From positions 74,256 to 138,255 of the forward strand of contig JAJRRL010000040.1 of NCBI GenBank assembly GCA_024279495.1: a DNA stretch of 64,000 nt, read 5' to 3'. A program made the translations under genes and the position numbers. The notes under the pieces were generated by a model. The model worked only from the letters and a program-made list of their open reading frames with translations, had not been told where the DNA came from and did no database searches. The stretch is from Gammaproteobacteria bacterium (GTDB taxonomy: Bacteria; Pseudomonadota; Gammaproteobacteria; JAJRRL01). Positions 27,250-35,601 of the stretch are shown here, piece by piece; the stretch's first letter is position 1, and every line of letters begins with the position of its first letter.

Positions 27250-28662
27250 GTGCCTAGATTAACCCGCCTTTTCGATCAAACCCATGGTGAAATTAACTTT
27301 CTTGACGCTAAAGGACGGGGAGAGATTTCGGGAGAGAGCGTAGGGGAAAATAAAGAAGGTTGGGAGTTTCGAGTTTCTATTTTTCCATCACGAAAGAATG
27401 TTCGAAAAGCAGCGCATGCTTTAGAGACCTTATATGAATCTAGACCAGATTTTCCCTCTTTAAAGTTGTACACCCCAAAAGAGGGTGAGCTTAAAGACCA
27501 AGATGGCTGGTGGGGGCCTTACAATGTTTCTTTGACAGATAAAAATCAATTGGGTAAAGAGTGCTGTGTTTATATCGATAAAGATCGAAACGGAAAAACA
27601 GCACTAAGCAAGGAAGAGTACATCGAGTTAATGGTGGCGATCTGGGCTGCTTTGGATAAAGCCGATGTTGATCTGGGTTATGTGGTAACACCTGTTGCTG
27701 AAAAGGCCGTGATTTGTGATGAGCTGGGTGTTATGTCTCCCATTTGTTATTCATCTGCTAAGCCATGGCGCAGAAAGCATGGCACTATGGTGGAGACTTC
27801 ATTTAACCCAGAAGGACATGAAGATCCACTGAAAGATGTTGTGATTCCTGTGAGCATGCTTAAGAAAGCGGGTGTTACCTTAGATCGTTATCGTTTGCAA
27901 GCAAACATTCCAAGGCAGACTCAACAGATTCAGAGGCTTGGGCAGGCTGTAAGCGATTGGAGTGCCGATTTTACTATTCTTCAGGAAGAGAATTTTTCTG
28001 GAGATTCCTTCGCCGATGAGTTAAGACGAGCGCGTCGTTTAGAGGTTGATTGGGGCAAGAAGGATTCAAAAATAAATTCTCAAACTGACCACAAGGCAGT
28101 GCTTGAGGAGACTCTTGCTGATTGGAAAGTATTTCGCTCAGATTTGAATGAGCATTTTGGTTTTAGTATTGTGGCGGATAAGGAGTTTTCTGAGATGATA
28201 GACTCATTGATAGCCAAGAATCCGCATGCTATGCAAAAACTTTATAGACGGGCGTTTCACATTAGTCGAGAGTTTAAGTCTCTTGAGCTCGCAAATAATA
28301 TGAGCAGTGCATTCATAGAGAAAATGAAGACGCAAAGAAAGGGTGAAACGGCTCTTTCAATTGTTTTTGGTTTGGGTTATACGGCGTCAGCGGTATGCAT
28401 TGGTTCTGCGACTAGCTTGGTGGTTAGCGCTATGCAAGTAGCAACCCAGCCCATGGCGACTGTCGGTTCTGCGATAGCTGCTTCGAACCCGGATTTTGCT
28501 ATTCTTGCGTCTATAGCTGCTGTCTGTTTGGCTATTGCTATCGTAGCGACTGTTTATCAGCGCAAGGTAAGTAGCCCTAAACAGATCAGTTTTTTAAGAG
28601 AACAAGAAAGTGTAAGGCAAGCTGCTTTAGAAGCTCCAAAAAATATTGGGACTGAATTATAA
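27250..28662 (+). CDS. ORFan with a C-terminal bilobed hydrophobic hairpin
   Basis: 470 aa, GTG start with strong SD; soluble N-terminal ~360 aa without known motifs; C-terminal ALSIVFGLGYTASAVCIGSATSLVVSAM...AILASIAAVCLAIAIVATVYQRK; lies between dnaE and the 3' end of tRNA-Leu(CAA). Confidence 0.6.
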   Translation: MPRLTRLFDQTHGEINFLDAKGRGEISGESVGENKEGWEFRVSIFPSRKNVRKAAHALETLYESRPDFPSLKLYTPKEGELKDQDGWWGPYNVSLTDKNQLGKECCVYIDKDRNGKTALSKEEYIELMVAIWAALDKADVDLGYVVTPVAEKAVICDELGVMSPICYSSAKPWRRKHGTMVETSFNPEGHEDPLKDVVIPVSMLKKAGVTLDRYRLQANIPRQTQQIQRLGQAVSDWSADFTILQEENFSGDSFADELRRARRLEVDWGKKDSKINSQTDHKAVLEETLADWKVFRSDLNEHFGFSIVADKEFSEMIDSLIAKNPHAMQKLYRRAFHISREFKSLELANNMSSAFIEKMKTQRKGETALSIVFGLGYTASAVCIGSATSLVVSAMQVATQPMATVGSAIAASNPDFAILASIAAVCLAIAIVATVYQRKVSSPKQISFLREQESVRQAALEAPKNIGTEL

Positions 28663-28704
28663 AGATTTCTAGTGTCAGCTTTGCTGAAACGAAATCCTTA
28701 AGAT

Positions 28705-28760
28705 GGGTCCTCGACGTCACTTTGTTGCCTTCGGATGACAAGTGGCTGGGGCTCTTTTAT
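28705..28760 (-). mobile_element. MITE-like repeat, truncated copy (left-end portion only; copy b)
   Basis: reverse complement reads AATAAAAGAGCCCCAGCCACTTGTCATCCGAAGGCAACAAAGTGACGTCGAGGACCC, matching the left end of copy a. Confidence 0.55.
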
Positions 28761-28899
28761 TGAGCGCCTTAAATTGAAAAAGTGCAGTTTTTTTCTCCTT
28801 CGAGGAGGGTCGAGCAACGAAGCGGAATGTATGTAAAATACTTGAGCATTGGAAGCGCAGAGCTGACAAAGAAGGAGGGAAAAAGTGCCTTTTAAAAGG

Positions 28900-28986
28900 T
28901 GGTGCCGGGAGTGGGGGTCGAACCCACACGATGTTTCCATCACCAGATTTTGAATCTGGCGCGTCTACCAATTCCGCCATCCCGGC
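28900..28986 (-). tRNA. tRNA-Leu (anticodon CAA)
   Basis: reverse complement GCCGGGATGGCGGAATTGGTAGACGCGCCAGATTCAAAATCTGGTGATGGAAACATCGTGTGGGTTCGACCCCCACTCCCGGCACCA: 7-bp acceptor stem, D-loop GGAATTGGTAGAC, anticodon loop TTCAAAA, long variable arm, TPsiC GGTTCGA, encoded CCA. ORF-track entries 28717..28980 and 28698..28943 are its spurious translations. Confidence 0.9.
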
Positions 28987-29167
28987 TCTTGTATGTGCCT
29001 CTTACTCAAAAAAGCTGACTGAAGCTGCTTTTGCGCTTTCAGTTCACAGACAAAGCTTGCGCATTGTATCAAAAAACAGCGGCTTTGCAAGTTGCTAGCA
29101 TTGCGCAGGCCGACAACGCAGGGGGAAATAGAGTACATGAGTATTTTGAAGAGATTTTTATTGGTTT

Positions 29168-29262
29168 AGAAAGATCCTTAGTTCGCATTTCATGCGAACA
29201 AGATCAAGTCTGGGCCCCCGACGTCACGCTCTTCCTGGGGGTGACACCGTTTTTTAACGGTG
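29168..29262 (-). mobile_element. MITE-like repeat (copy g) carrying a compensatorily changed internal hairpin
   Basis: reverse complement GCACCGTTAAAAAACGGTGTCACCCCCAGGAAGAGCGTGACGTCGGGGGCCCAGACTTGATCTTGTTCGCATGAAATGCGAAC parallels copy c; hairpin GTTCGCAT/ATGCGAAC replaces GTTGTTAC/GTAACAAC at the same place. Confidence 0.55.
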
Positions 29263-29327
29263 CAAGCAAAAGGTTAGAGCTATTTTATTTGACCAAAAAT
29301 GGGAATTTTCCTTTCTATGCGCAGGGT

Positions 29328-29783
29328 CTACCTAGAGTGCCAAGTACGCATGGCGGTTTGTAGGGATTGCCACACAGGTTTTTTGAGTGATGTGTCTGCA
29401 AGCGTATCGCTGATGCTGTGCGTGATAAGCAGGGGGCCCGAGGGCAGCTGGAGGGTCTCATTTAAGTCTGATTCTGATAACTCTAACTCTGGGAGTAGAA
29501 GTTGCGCAGTCTTTAGACCAAAAATCACGGAAAAAGAAAGTTTAGGCAGCGCCTCCAGAGTCTCTTCTAATTGCCTCCACTCGCAGCGAGTGGCATTAAG
29601 CATGGCAGTGAGCAGGTTTTGATCTGCACCTTGTTCAGTAACGCATAAGCCAACAACGGATGAGCGCCAGAGCATGTGAATCATGCCCAGAGAAGGGTTG
29701 GAGCTTTCTGAGTTTGCAGCTGTGCGTAGCTTCCACTGGGGGATGCCTAGCTGGCGGAGTTGTTTGTCGTGTAATGCGTTCAT
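29328..29783 (-). CDS. holD: DNA polymerase III psi subunit (HolD-like)
   Basis: 151 aa; N-terminus MNALHDKQLRQLGIPQWKLR aligns with E. coli HolD (RRDWQLQQLGITQWSLR); comparable length. Confidence 0.5.
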   Translation of the reverse strand: MNALHDKQLRQLGIPQWKLRTAANSESSNPSLGMIHMLWRSSVVGLCVTEQGADQNLLTAMLNATRCEWRQLEETLEALPKLSFSVIFGLKTAQLLLPELELSESDLNETLQLPSGPLLITHSISDTLADTSLKKPVWQSLQTAMRTWHSR

Positions 29784-29906
29784 TTTTCTATCACTTATGC
29801 TTGGTGAGTGATCTCAAAATTACAGCAAACCGCCACCCAAGTACAGTTGTACATTTAGCTCTCAATGCTGTAGAATTCGCCTCTCTTTAATGCTTAGGAG
29901 CTGCTC

Positions 29907-30248
29907 ATGAGCTGTTTGTTTTGTCGAATTGTGGCAGAAGAGATTCCTGCTGACTTGGTTTACAGTGATGAGCAAGTGATTGCTTTTCGGGATATCAATC
30001 CACAAGCGCCGACTCATATTTTGCTGATTCCGCGCGAGCATATTCCCACCGTTAACGACATCACAGATGAACAGTCGCCTTTAGTTGGGCACATGGTTGT
30101 GGTAGCAAAAAAAATAGCAAAAAAGTTAGGGTTTGACGATCAAGGATACCGTTTAGTGTTTAATTGCAACGAGCATGGTGGACAAGAAGTATATCACTTG
30201 CACTTGCACTTGCTGGGTGGAAGGCCCATGCAATGGCCGCCAGGTTAG
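29907..30248 (+). CDS. HIT-family nucleotide hydrolase (HinT-like)
   Basis: 113 aa with histidine-triad motif HLHLHLLGG. Confidence 0.85.
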   Translation: MSCLFCRIVAEEIPADLVYSDEQVIAFRDINPQAPTHILLIPREHIPTVNDITDEQSPLVGHMVVVAKKIAKKLGFDDQGYRLVFNCNEHGGQEVYHLHLHLLGGRPMQWPPG

Positions 30249-30254
30249 AAGGTT

Positions 30255-30806
30255 ATGACAGAAAAATTAAGTCAACATTACAAATCAATCATCAGAGAGT
30301 TGGGTGAAAATCCAGAGCGAGAAGGCTTGTTAAAAACGCCGGATCGTGCGGCTAATGCGATGGAATATCTGACGGAAGGGTATCATAAAAATCTCAATGA
30401 CATTGTAAATGAAGCGACGTTTGAATCTGCCATGAGTGAGCTTGTTGTTGTTAAAGAGATTGAGTTTTATTCATTGTGTGAGCATCATATGTTGCCTTTT
30501 TTTGGTAAAGCGCATATAGGTTATTTGCCGAATGGACGAGTTCTTGGTTTGTCAAAGATTCCTCGTATCGTTGATATGTTTGCTCGTCGCCTTCAAATTC
30601 AAGAGAAGTTGACTCACGAAGTGGCGAAGGCTATTGAGACGGTGACTGGTGCAAAAGGTGTGGCTGTAGTGATGGAGGCTCAGCATTGTTGCATGATGAT
30701 GCGAGGCGTTGAAAAGCAATCAGCTAGCATGACAACATCAGTGATGTTGGGCTTATGTCGAAGTGACCCTAGAACACGTTCAGAATTTTTGAGTTTAATT
30801 CGCTAG
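30255..30806 (+). CDS. folE: GTP cyclohydrolase I
   Basis: 183 aa; [18 protein letters not shown] and QERLT motifs of FolE. Confidence 0.9.
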   Translation: MTEKLSQHYKSIIRELGENPEREGLLKTPDRAANAMEYLTEGYHKNLNDIVNEATFESAMSELVVVKEIEFYSLCEHHMLPFFGKAHIGYLPNGRVLGLSKIPRIVDMFARRLQIQEKLTHEVAKAIETVTGAKGVAVVMEAQHCCMMMRGVEKQSASMTTSVMLGLCRSDPRTRSEFLSLIR

Positions 30807-30811
30807 TTTAA

Positions 30812-31540
30812 TTAGGCATCTTCTTCGTCTTCAGAAAAACCGCCTGCGTTATCGAGCTGGGGAATATACTTTAAAATAGAAGCGTTGTTGAGGTAGTGAG
30901 GGCTGTCTTCATTTTCAAGTAATGTGCGTAACTCATAAGAGGCTTTCGCCACAGCAGGGTTGGTTTTAGTTTCGGCAGCACGATGAAGCCCTCCAAGTGA
31001 TCCGGCCAAAGCGCAAAGTAGCATCGAGCCATTACGATCTTGAAAAGACGTGTGTGTGTCGTGATGAGTTTCTGCTTCGCGCACCCACTCACTGTCCATC
31101 ACTACATCCACAAAGTGATGTAGCACTCGGTCTTTTTCTAAATTTTCAGTATTAAGCTCTTCGGCGGTGATGATAGCAAACTGCTCCATTGACCACTGCT
31201 CATCAAAAAAACGTTGATTGTTACGAGGGTCATCTGGATTTGTGGGGTCTTGCCTCTCAGATTGTTGTTTTAACCATTTTTTAAAATTGACTAGGCCCAT
31301 TTTTTGAATCTCGCAAAGAATACGCATGTACTTAAATGAGTTTTCGGGAGAAACAGTGCTAAGCCAGTTTTTCATGGGTGTGGAGTTGAGTAAAAATAGA
31401 AAAAGGGCGTGGTCTGTCAGGTCTGGCGTTGAGCTTAAGCGAAGGGGTCTGCCTGATTTGGGTTTGGAAAGCTTTTTAATGTCATCCAAGAAGCGCTGAG
31501 CACCTTTGGGTTTCATGGTAAGTTTTATTTTTGAAGCCAT
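30812..31540 (-). CDS. ORFan with acidic C-terminal tail FSEDEEDA (E-block-like)
   Basis: 242 aa from the ATG at 31540 (MASKIKLTMKPKG...), which has a TTGATC/TATGAT promoter and GAGAGGA SD. The ORF-track start at 31615 would overlap the divergent neighbour; no known domain. Confidence 0.5.
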   Translation of the reverse strand: MASKIKLTMKPKGAQRFLDDIKKLSKPKSGRPLRLSSTPDLTDHALFLFLLNSTPMKNWLSTVSPENSFKYMRILCEIQKMGLVNFKKWLKQQSERQDPTNPDDPRNNQRFFDEQWSMEQFAIITAEELNTENLEKDRVLHHFVDVVMDSEWVREAETHHDTHTSFQDRNGSMLLCALAGSLGGLHRAAETKTNPAVAKASYELRTLLENEDSPHYLNNASILKYIPQLDNAGGFSEDEEDA

Positions 31541-31652
31541 GAGTATCCTCTCTAAAACGACACCATGATCATAGCACTCGCCCGCCGGTTTGATCAAGAA
31601 GCGATCCCCTGTCATACTAAGTCAACCTAAAGTAGAAGCTAAAGAGGGGCTT

Positions 31653-32807
31653 ATGCGGGCAAGGTCCTTAATTGATTTGATCGATATTAATGCTTATTCT
31701 GTGCCAGGCTGTCAGGCTGTTGTGCATAGAGATGGGCAATTGTTGGGAGAGTGGCAGTACGGCTATGCCGATGTGGTTAAAGAAGAGCTGCTAACGTCTG
31801 AGCACTCATTCCCGATGGGTTCTTTATTGCACAGCTTGTTGGCGGCTATGGTCATCTCGCTGATGCGGGTCAGCACAGTCCCGATTACCGCAACCTTGCA
31901 ACAAATAGCAAAGCATTATCGCCAAGATGGAGGCCGCTTAGCTCTTATTGTCTCTTCTTATCCTCGCCTTCGCTCTCTCACATTGCTTAATCTATTACAG
32001 CATACAAGCGGTTTGCCCTCTTACAATCAAACCGAGGTGTTTTTGTCAGCGCTTATGCGAAACCTTAACAAGACATGGCAGGTAGAAGCTTATTTAGACA
32101 TGATTACAGGCTCAGATATCGATTATTGTTATGGGTATCAGCCAGTCACTAAAGGTTCTTATAGTTACTCCACGACAAATTTTTTGATAGCCAGCTTAGT
32201 GGTAACAGCGATCACAGGTCGAGACATGCTCGATGAGCTTGAGTTTTTTGCTAAACGCTACTTCCCAGGTGACGTGGTTCTTGCAAGCACCCGCGATACA
32301 AAAATCATCGACTCCATTAAAATGGTTCATGGTTATGTGCTTCCATCATGCCCTTATCGAGCGCTCTTTAAGTCTCATCCTTTGGTCTCTTATTCAAAGA
32401 GCTCTGAGTGTCGAGCTTATGATGTTACCAAGGCTCAAACACTGAATGATTGTGCAGGATTGTCGGGTTTTGCAACGCTAAAAGATTTAACGGAGTGGAT
32501 GGATTTTGTTTGGCTGGAAGAAGCTTTGGGTCCTGCAGAAAAAACATTTTTTCCAAGTTTGGTGCTTGCCTCTGAGTTAACAACAGGAGGTAATCCTGTT
32601 TATTCTGGTTTGGGTGTGATGCAAATGCTTACCGAAGAATTTGGGCCTCTTTTTTGGATGCAAAACTTTTCGTATGGCCACGAAATTGTTATTGTTCACG
32701 CCCAAGAATCAGCGATAACGCTGGGCTTGATGCTAAACATCAATCGTGAACTTGTTGGCTTAGATAAAGGTGGTTTAGTGCATCAACTGTTAAGAGAAGT
32801 GATTTAG
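31653..32807 (+). CDS. beta-lactamase/transpeptidase-fold protein, probably non-catalytic (SxxK motif degenerate)
   Basis: GEWQYGYADVVKEELLTSEHSFPMGSLLHSLLAAMV resembles the class-C / esterase family opening (…GYADV… then S-x-x-K), but Lys is replaced (SLLH); start taken at MRARSLIDL (31653) rather than the overlapping 31590. Confidence 0.45.
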   Translation: MRARSLIDLIDINAYSVPGCQAVVHRDGQLLGEWQYGYADVVKEELLTSEHSFPMGSLLHSLLAAMVISLMRVSTVPITATLQQIAKHYRQDGGRLALIVSSYPRLRSLTLLNLLQHTSGLPSYNQTEVFLSALMRNLNKTWQVEAYLDMITGSDIDYCYGYQPVTKGSYSYSTTNFLIASLVVTAITGRDMLDELEFFAKRYFPGDVVLASTRDTKIIDSIKMVHGYVLPSCPYRALFKSHPLVSYSKSSECRAYDVTKAQTLNDCAGLSGFATLKDLTEWMDFVWLEEALGPAEKTFFPSLVLASELTTGGNPVYSGLGVMQMLTEEFGPLFWMQNFSYGHEIVIVHAQESAITLGLMLNINRELVGLDKGGLVHQLLREVI

Positions 32808-32948
32808 CAGGCATTTAATTTGCTCCCACGCATGAGATAATAACTCTTAAAACAAGAGTTTAAAATATTTTTTTGGAGCAACAGGCATGCCGTTTATAAG
32901 TATCTTTCCAGATTCTGCTGATCAGCAGCGCAGGAGCAACTTCTTGCT

Positions 32949-33266
32949 TTGTTAAGCAATGAGCCTTTCTGTCAAAGCGGCAGCGTAGCGTGGCAGCAGG
33001 CTGAAAGACAGGTATCTAAAGAGAATCAAGCGTATGAGGCTCTTCGTTCCTGGCTCTACAATCATTTACCCAAGCAATCGCTTAAATCGCTAATGGCTGG
33101 CCTTATTCGAGCAAAGTGTCATCGTGATGCGCCAAAGTTGGAGACTCTACTTTCATGCTTGCGTTCTGGGGACGATCCTGAGGAGTCTTTTTCTAAAGTC
33201 CTTGGCCAGCCTTATCAGTTAACGTGTGCAGTGTGGCTTGCTCTTAAATCGCTTCTTGAGAGGTGA
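32949..33266 (+). pseudogene. decayed paralog of the 34930-35532 ORF (gene remnant without ATG start)
   Basis: frame opens at TTG, no in-frame ATG, upstream TGA at 32919; C-terminal region LRSGDDPEESFSKVLGQPYQLTCAVWLALKSLL is paralogous to LSSESDPASYDQLQKLFCEVLGERYQLTCHVWGYLKSHL downstream. Confidence 0.4.
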
Positions 33267-33528
33267 GGCGATGCTAAAGTGATTTGGGGTAGATTATTGG
33301 TGATAGGTTATGCCGGAGACTTAGTAAAGCTACAAGAGCTGAGAAACGAGCTGGAACCTTTAAGCAGCCGCAAAATAATACGAAGATCCTTAGAGACTTC
33401 TCTTCACCTTTTGTGGGGGAGGTCTTATCAAGAGGCGATCAGCTAAGTACCGGTTGCTTTTAATGAGCATCATGCTTATGCCAATAGCGCTCAATTGCAA
33501 AGGGAAAGAGAGCAAGACGGAAGAAGCA

Positions 33529-33565
33529 GCGTCATCCCAACAAGAGGGTGATCGTTTCACGCTGA
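33529..33565 (-). repeat. displaced duplicate of the last ~12 codons plus stop of valS
   Basis: reverse complement CAGCGTGAAACGATCACCCTCTTGTTGGGATGA encodes QRETITLLLG-stop; the true valS terminus at 35602-35638 differs at 2 of 36 nt; ~15 further upstream nt also similar. Confidence 0.7.
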
Positions 33566-33655
33566 GTTCTAAGAAAGAACCCCTAAGCTGTTGATTTTTT
33601 CATTTTCGGGCCATTCATCCTTGTAAATCTGGAGTCATGTGCCATAATTGCAAGG

Positions 33656-34816
33656 ATGAAGCACCGATATTTACAACATACTCTCATTCAGCATTTGGAT
33701 GAGTTTCCTGCCGTAGCACTGCTAGGGCCGCGTCAAGTGGGTAAAACAACACTTGCTTTGGCGATTGCCGAGGCTATGCCTAGCATTTATCTTGATTTAG
33801 AGTCCCCAGCAGATCTGCATAAATTGACAGACCCTCTGAGTTATTTGCGTTTGCATGAAGATAAGCTAGTCATTATTGATGAAGTTCAACGCATGCCAGA
33901 GTTATTTCAAACGCTACGCGGCTTGATTGATGAAGGGCGCAGGAAGGGTTTGATTCGTTCGAGATTTCTATTGTTGGGTTCGGCTTCAATCGAGCTTATT
34001 AAGCAGTCAGGTGAAAGTTTGGCTGGGCGCATTGCTTATCTTGAGTTGGGTGGATTTACTTTGCCTGAAGTTGGTTTGGACTGTTCAAATCGCTTATGGC
34101 TTCAAGGAGGGTTCCCGAATAGTTACTTGATGAAAACGCCAGATAAAAGCATTTTATGGCGTAACAATTTTATTCGTACCTATTTGGAGCGTGATATTCC
34201 AGCTTTAGGGCCTCGTATTCCTGCTGAAACATTACGACGTTTTTGGACGATGCTGTCTCATCACCAGGGAACCTTGTTAAACGCAGCAGCTCTAGCGCGT
34301 AGTTTGGCGGTCGATGGAAAAACAATCGTTCGTTATTTGGATTTGCTAAGTGATTTGTTGCTTGTGAGAAAACTGCAGCCCTGGCACAGTAATGTGGGTA
34401 AGCGCTTAAGAAAGTCGGTTAAAGTGTATGTGAGAGATAGCGGCATAGTCCATGCTTTGCTAGGTATTACAGAACTCGAATCGCTGCTTAGTCATCCTAT
34501 TGCAGGAATGAGCTGGGAAGGTTTTATATTAGAAAATATTTTAATGATGCTTCCAAACCAGGTTCAGCCTTATTTTTATCGAACAAATGCTGGAGCTGAA
34601 ATAGATTTATTGCTTGTTTTTCCCGATGGAGCATTATGGGCTGTAGAAGTTAAACGAAGTATGACTCCAAAGCTAGAAAAGGGTTTTTACATTGCCTGCA
34701 ATGATTTAAACCCAACACGTTCTTTTGTGCTCTACCCAGGGGAAGATACTTATCCTTTATCTGACAACATAGAGGTGACAAGTCTAATGTCTTTTTTGCA
34801 GTTGTTGAGTAAATAA
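33656..34816 (+). CDS. AAA+ ATPase with DUF4143 domain (COG1373 family)
   Basis: 386 aa; Walker A ALLGPRQVGKTTLA near the N-terminus, Walker B LVIIDEVQ; family is widespread and often in accessory DNA; inverted repeat ATCCTTG(33617-33623)/CAAGGAT(33651-33657) overlaps its SD and start. Confidence 0.75.
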   Translation: MKHRYLQHTLIQHLDEFPAVALLGPRQVGKTTLALAIAEAMPSIYLDLESPADLHKLTDPLSYLRLHEDKLVIIDEVQRMPELFQTLRGLIDEGRRKGLIRSRFLLLGSASIELIKQSGESLAGRIAYLELGGFTLPEVGLDCSNRLWLQGGFPNSYLMKTPDKSILWRNNFIRTYLERDIPALGPRIPAETLRRFWTMLSHHQGTLLNAAALARSLAVDGKTIVRYLDLLSDLLLVRKLQPWHSNVGKRLRKSVKVYVRDSGIVHALLGITELESLLSHPIAGMSWEGFILENILMMLPNQVQPYFYRTNAGAEIDLLLVFPDGALWAVEVKRSMTPKLEKGFYIACNDLNPTRSFVLYPGEDTYPLSDNIEVTSLMSFLQLLSK

Positions 34817-34929
34817 AAAGGTCTACTTTGGTAGAATAAAATCAAAAAGATAGAATTCTCAGAAGCACTTAATGTGAGACTTAGTTTGTAATATAATAAG
34901 CTGAATCATTTTTTTAGGAGAGGTCAATC

Positions 34930-35532
34930 ATGCCTTCTGAAAAAGGTCAAAAAGAGGCTTATCTAGCCCGACAAAAAAAGGTTTATCAAGAGCTTAGCCA
35001 AAGGCTTGGCTCCTCTGGCAATGTTTCGTCTGAAGATCTTAGCCGCATGGCAGTTGAGCAGGTGCGTTAAGAAAATGGGCGCTATGAGGGATTTAGGGCA
35101 GAATTAAAAGAAAGGGTTGCCGTTAGAAAGGACGCAAGAGTCTTGCTGGCAGCAGTAAATCGCTCTGGTTTCGCGCGGAGTCATGGCCTGACACAGTTAG
35201 TAGAGCGGCTTTCCTCTGAGAGCGACCCAGCAAGCTATGATCAATTGCAAAAGCTATTTTGTGAGGTTTTGGGAGAGCGCTATCAGTTAACCTGTCATGT
35301 TTGGGGATATTTAAAGTCTCATCTAGCTAAAAAAGATGATGCAAAAGATCTCTGGAGTAGGTTGGTTTGCATTGGTTTTGCGAAAGACACACAGAAGCTT
35401 TCAGGCTTGTGTGAAGAGTTAGCTAAGACAGTGCAGTCGACCTGTACAAGAAGGTCAATGGAAGATGCTTTTTTCAGGGTGTGGGTGGCAGCTATGAGCG
35501 AGCCGTGCTTCAGGCGAGCCCAGTTGTTTTAA
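34930..35532 (+). pseudogene. hypothetical gene interrupted by an in-frame TAA (35068-35070)
   Basis: ATG at 34930 with strong SD AGGAGAGG; 46 codons, TAA, then the same frame continues through the ORF-track entry 35143..35532, which has no ATG of its own (TTG). Confidence 0.4.
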
Positions 35533-35601
35533 ATGAATTAGTTCAGCAAGCTCATAGCCAGCAAAACCAAAAGGAAGCTGAGCTGGATGCAAGAAGAGGA
35601 A

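Noticed and set aside
28698-28980. ORF-track proteins 28717..28980 and 28698..28943 (minus strand)
   Set aside because: They are translations of the tRNA-Leu(CAA) gene and the adjacent MITE fragment. The AELVDAPDSKSG peptide is the classic tRNA-Leu artefact.
29031-29622. ORFs 29031..29363 and 29299..29622 (plus strand)
   Set aside because: They overlap a MITE copy and the antisense of holD; no motifs and poor start contexts.
33656-34816. AAA+ ATPase as a transposase / IS element
   Set aside because: It is the DUF4143/COG1373 ATPase family, not an IstB-type helper. There are no terminal inverted repeats or transposase ORF nearby. The flanking repeats are valS-derived, not IS ends.
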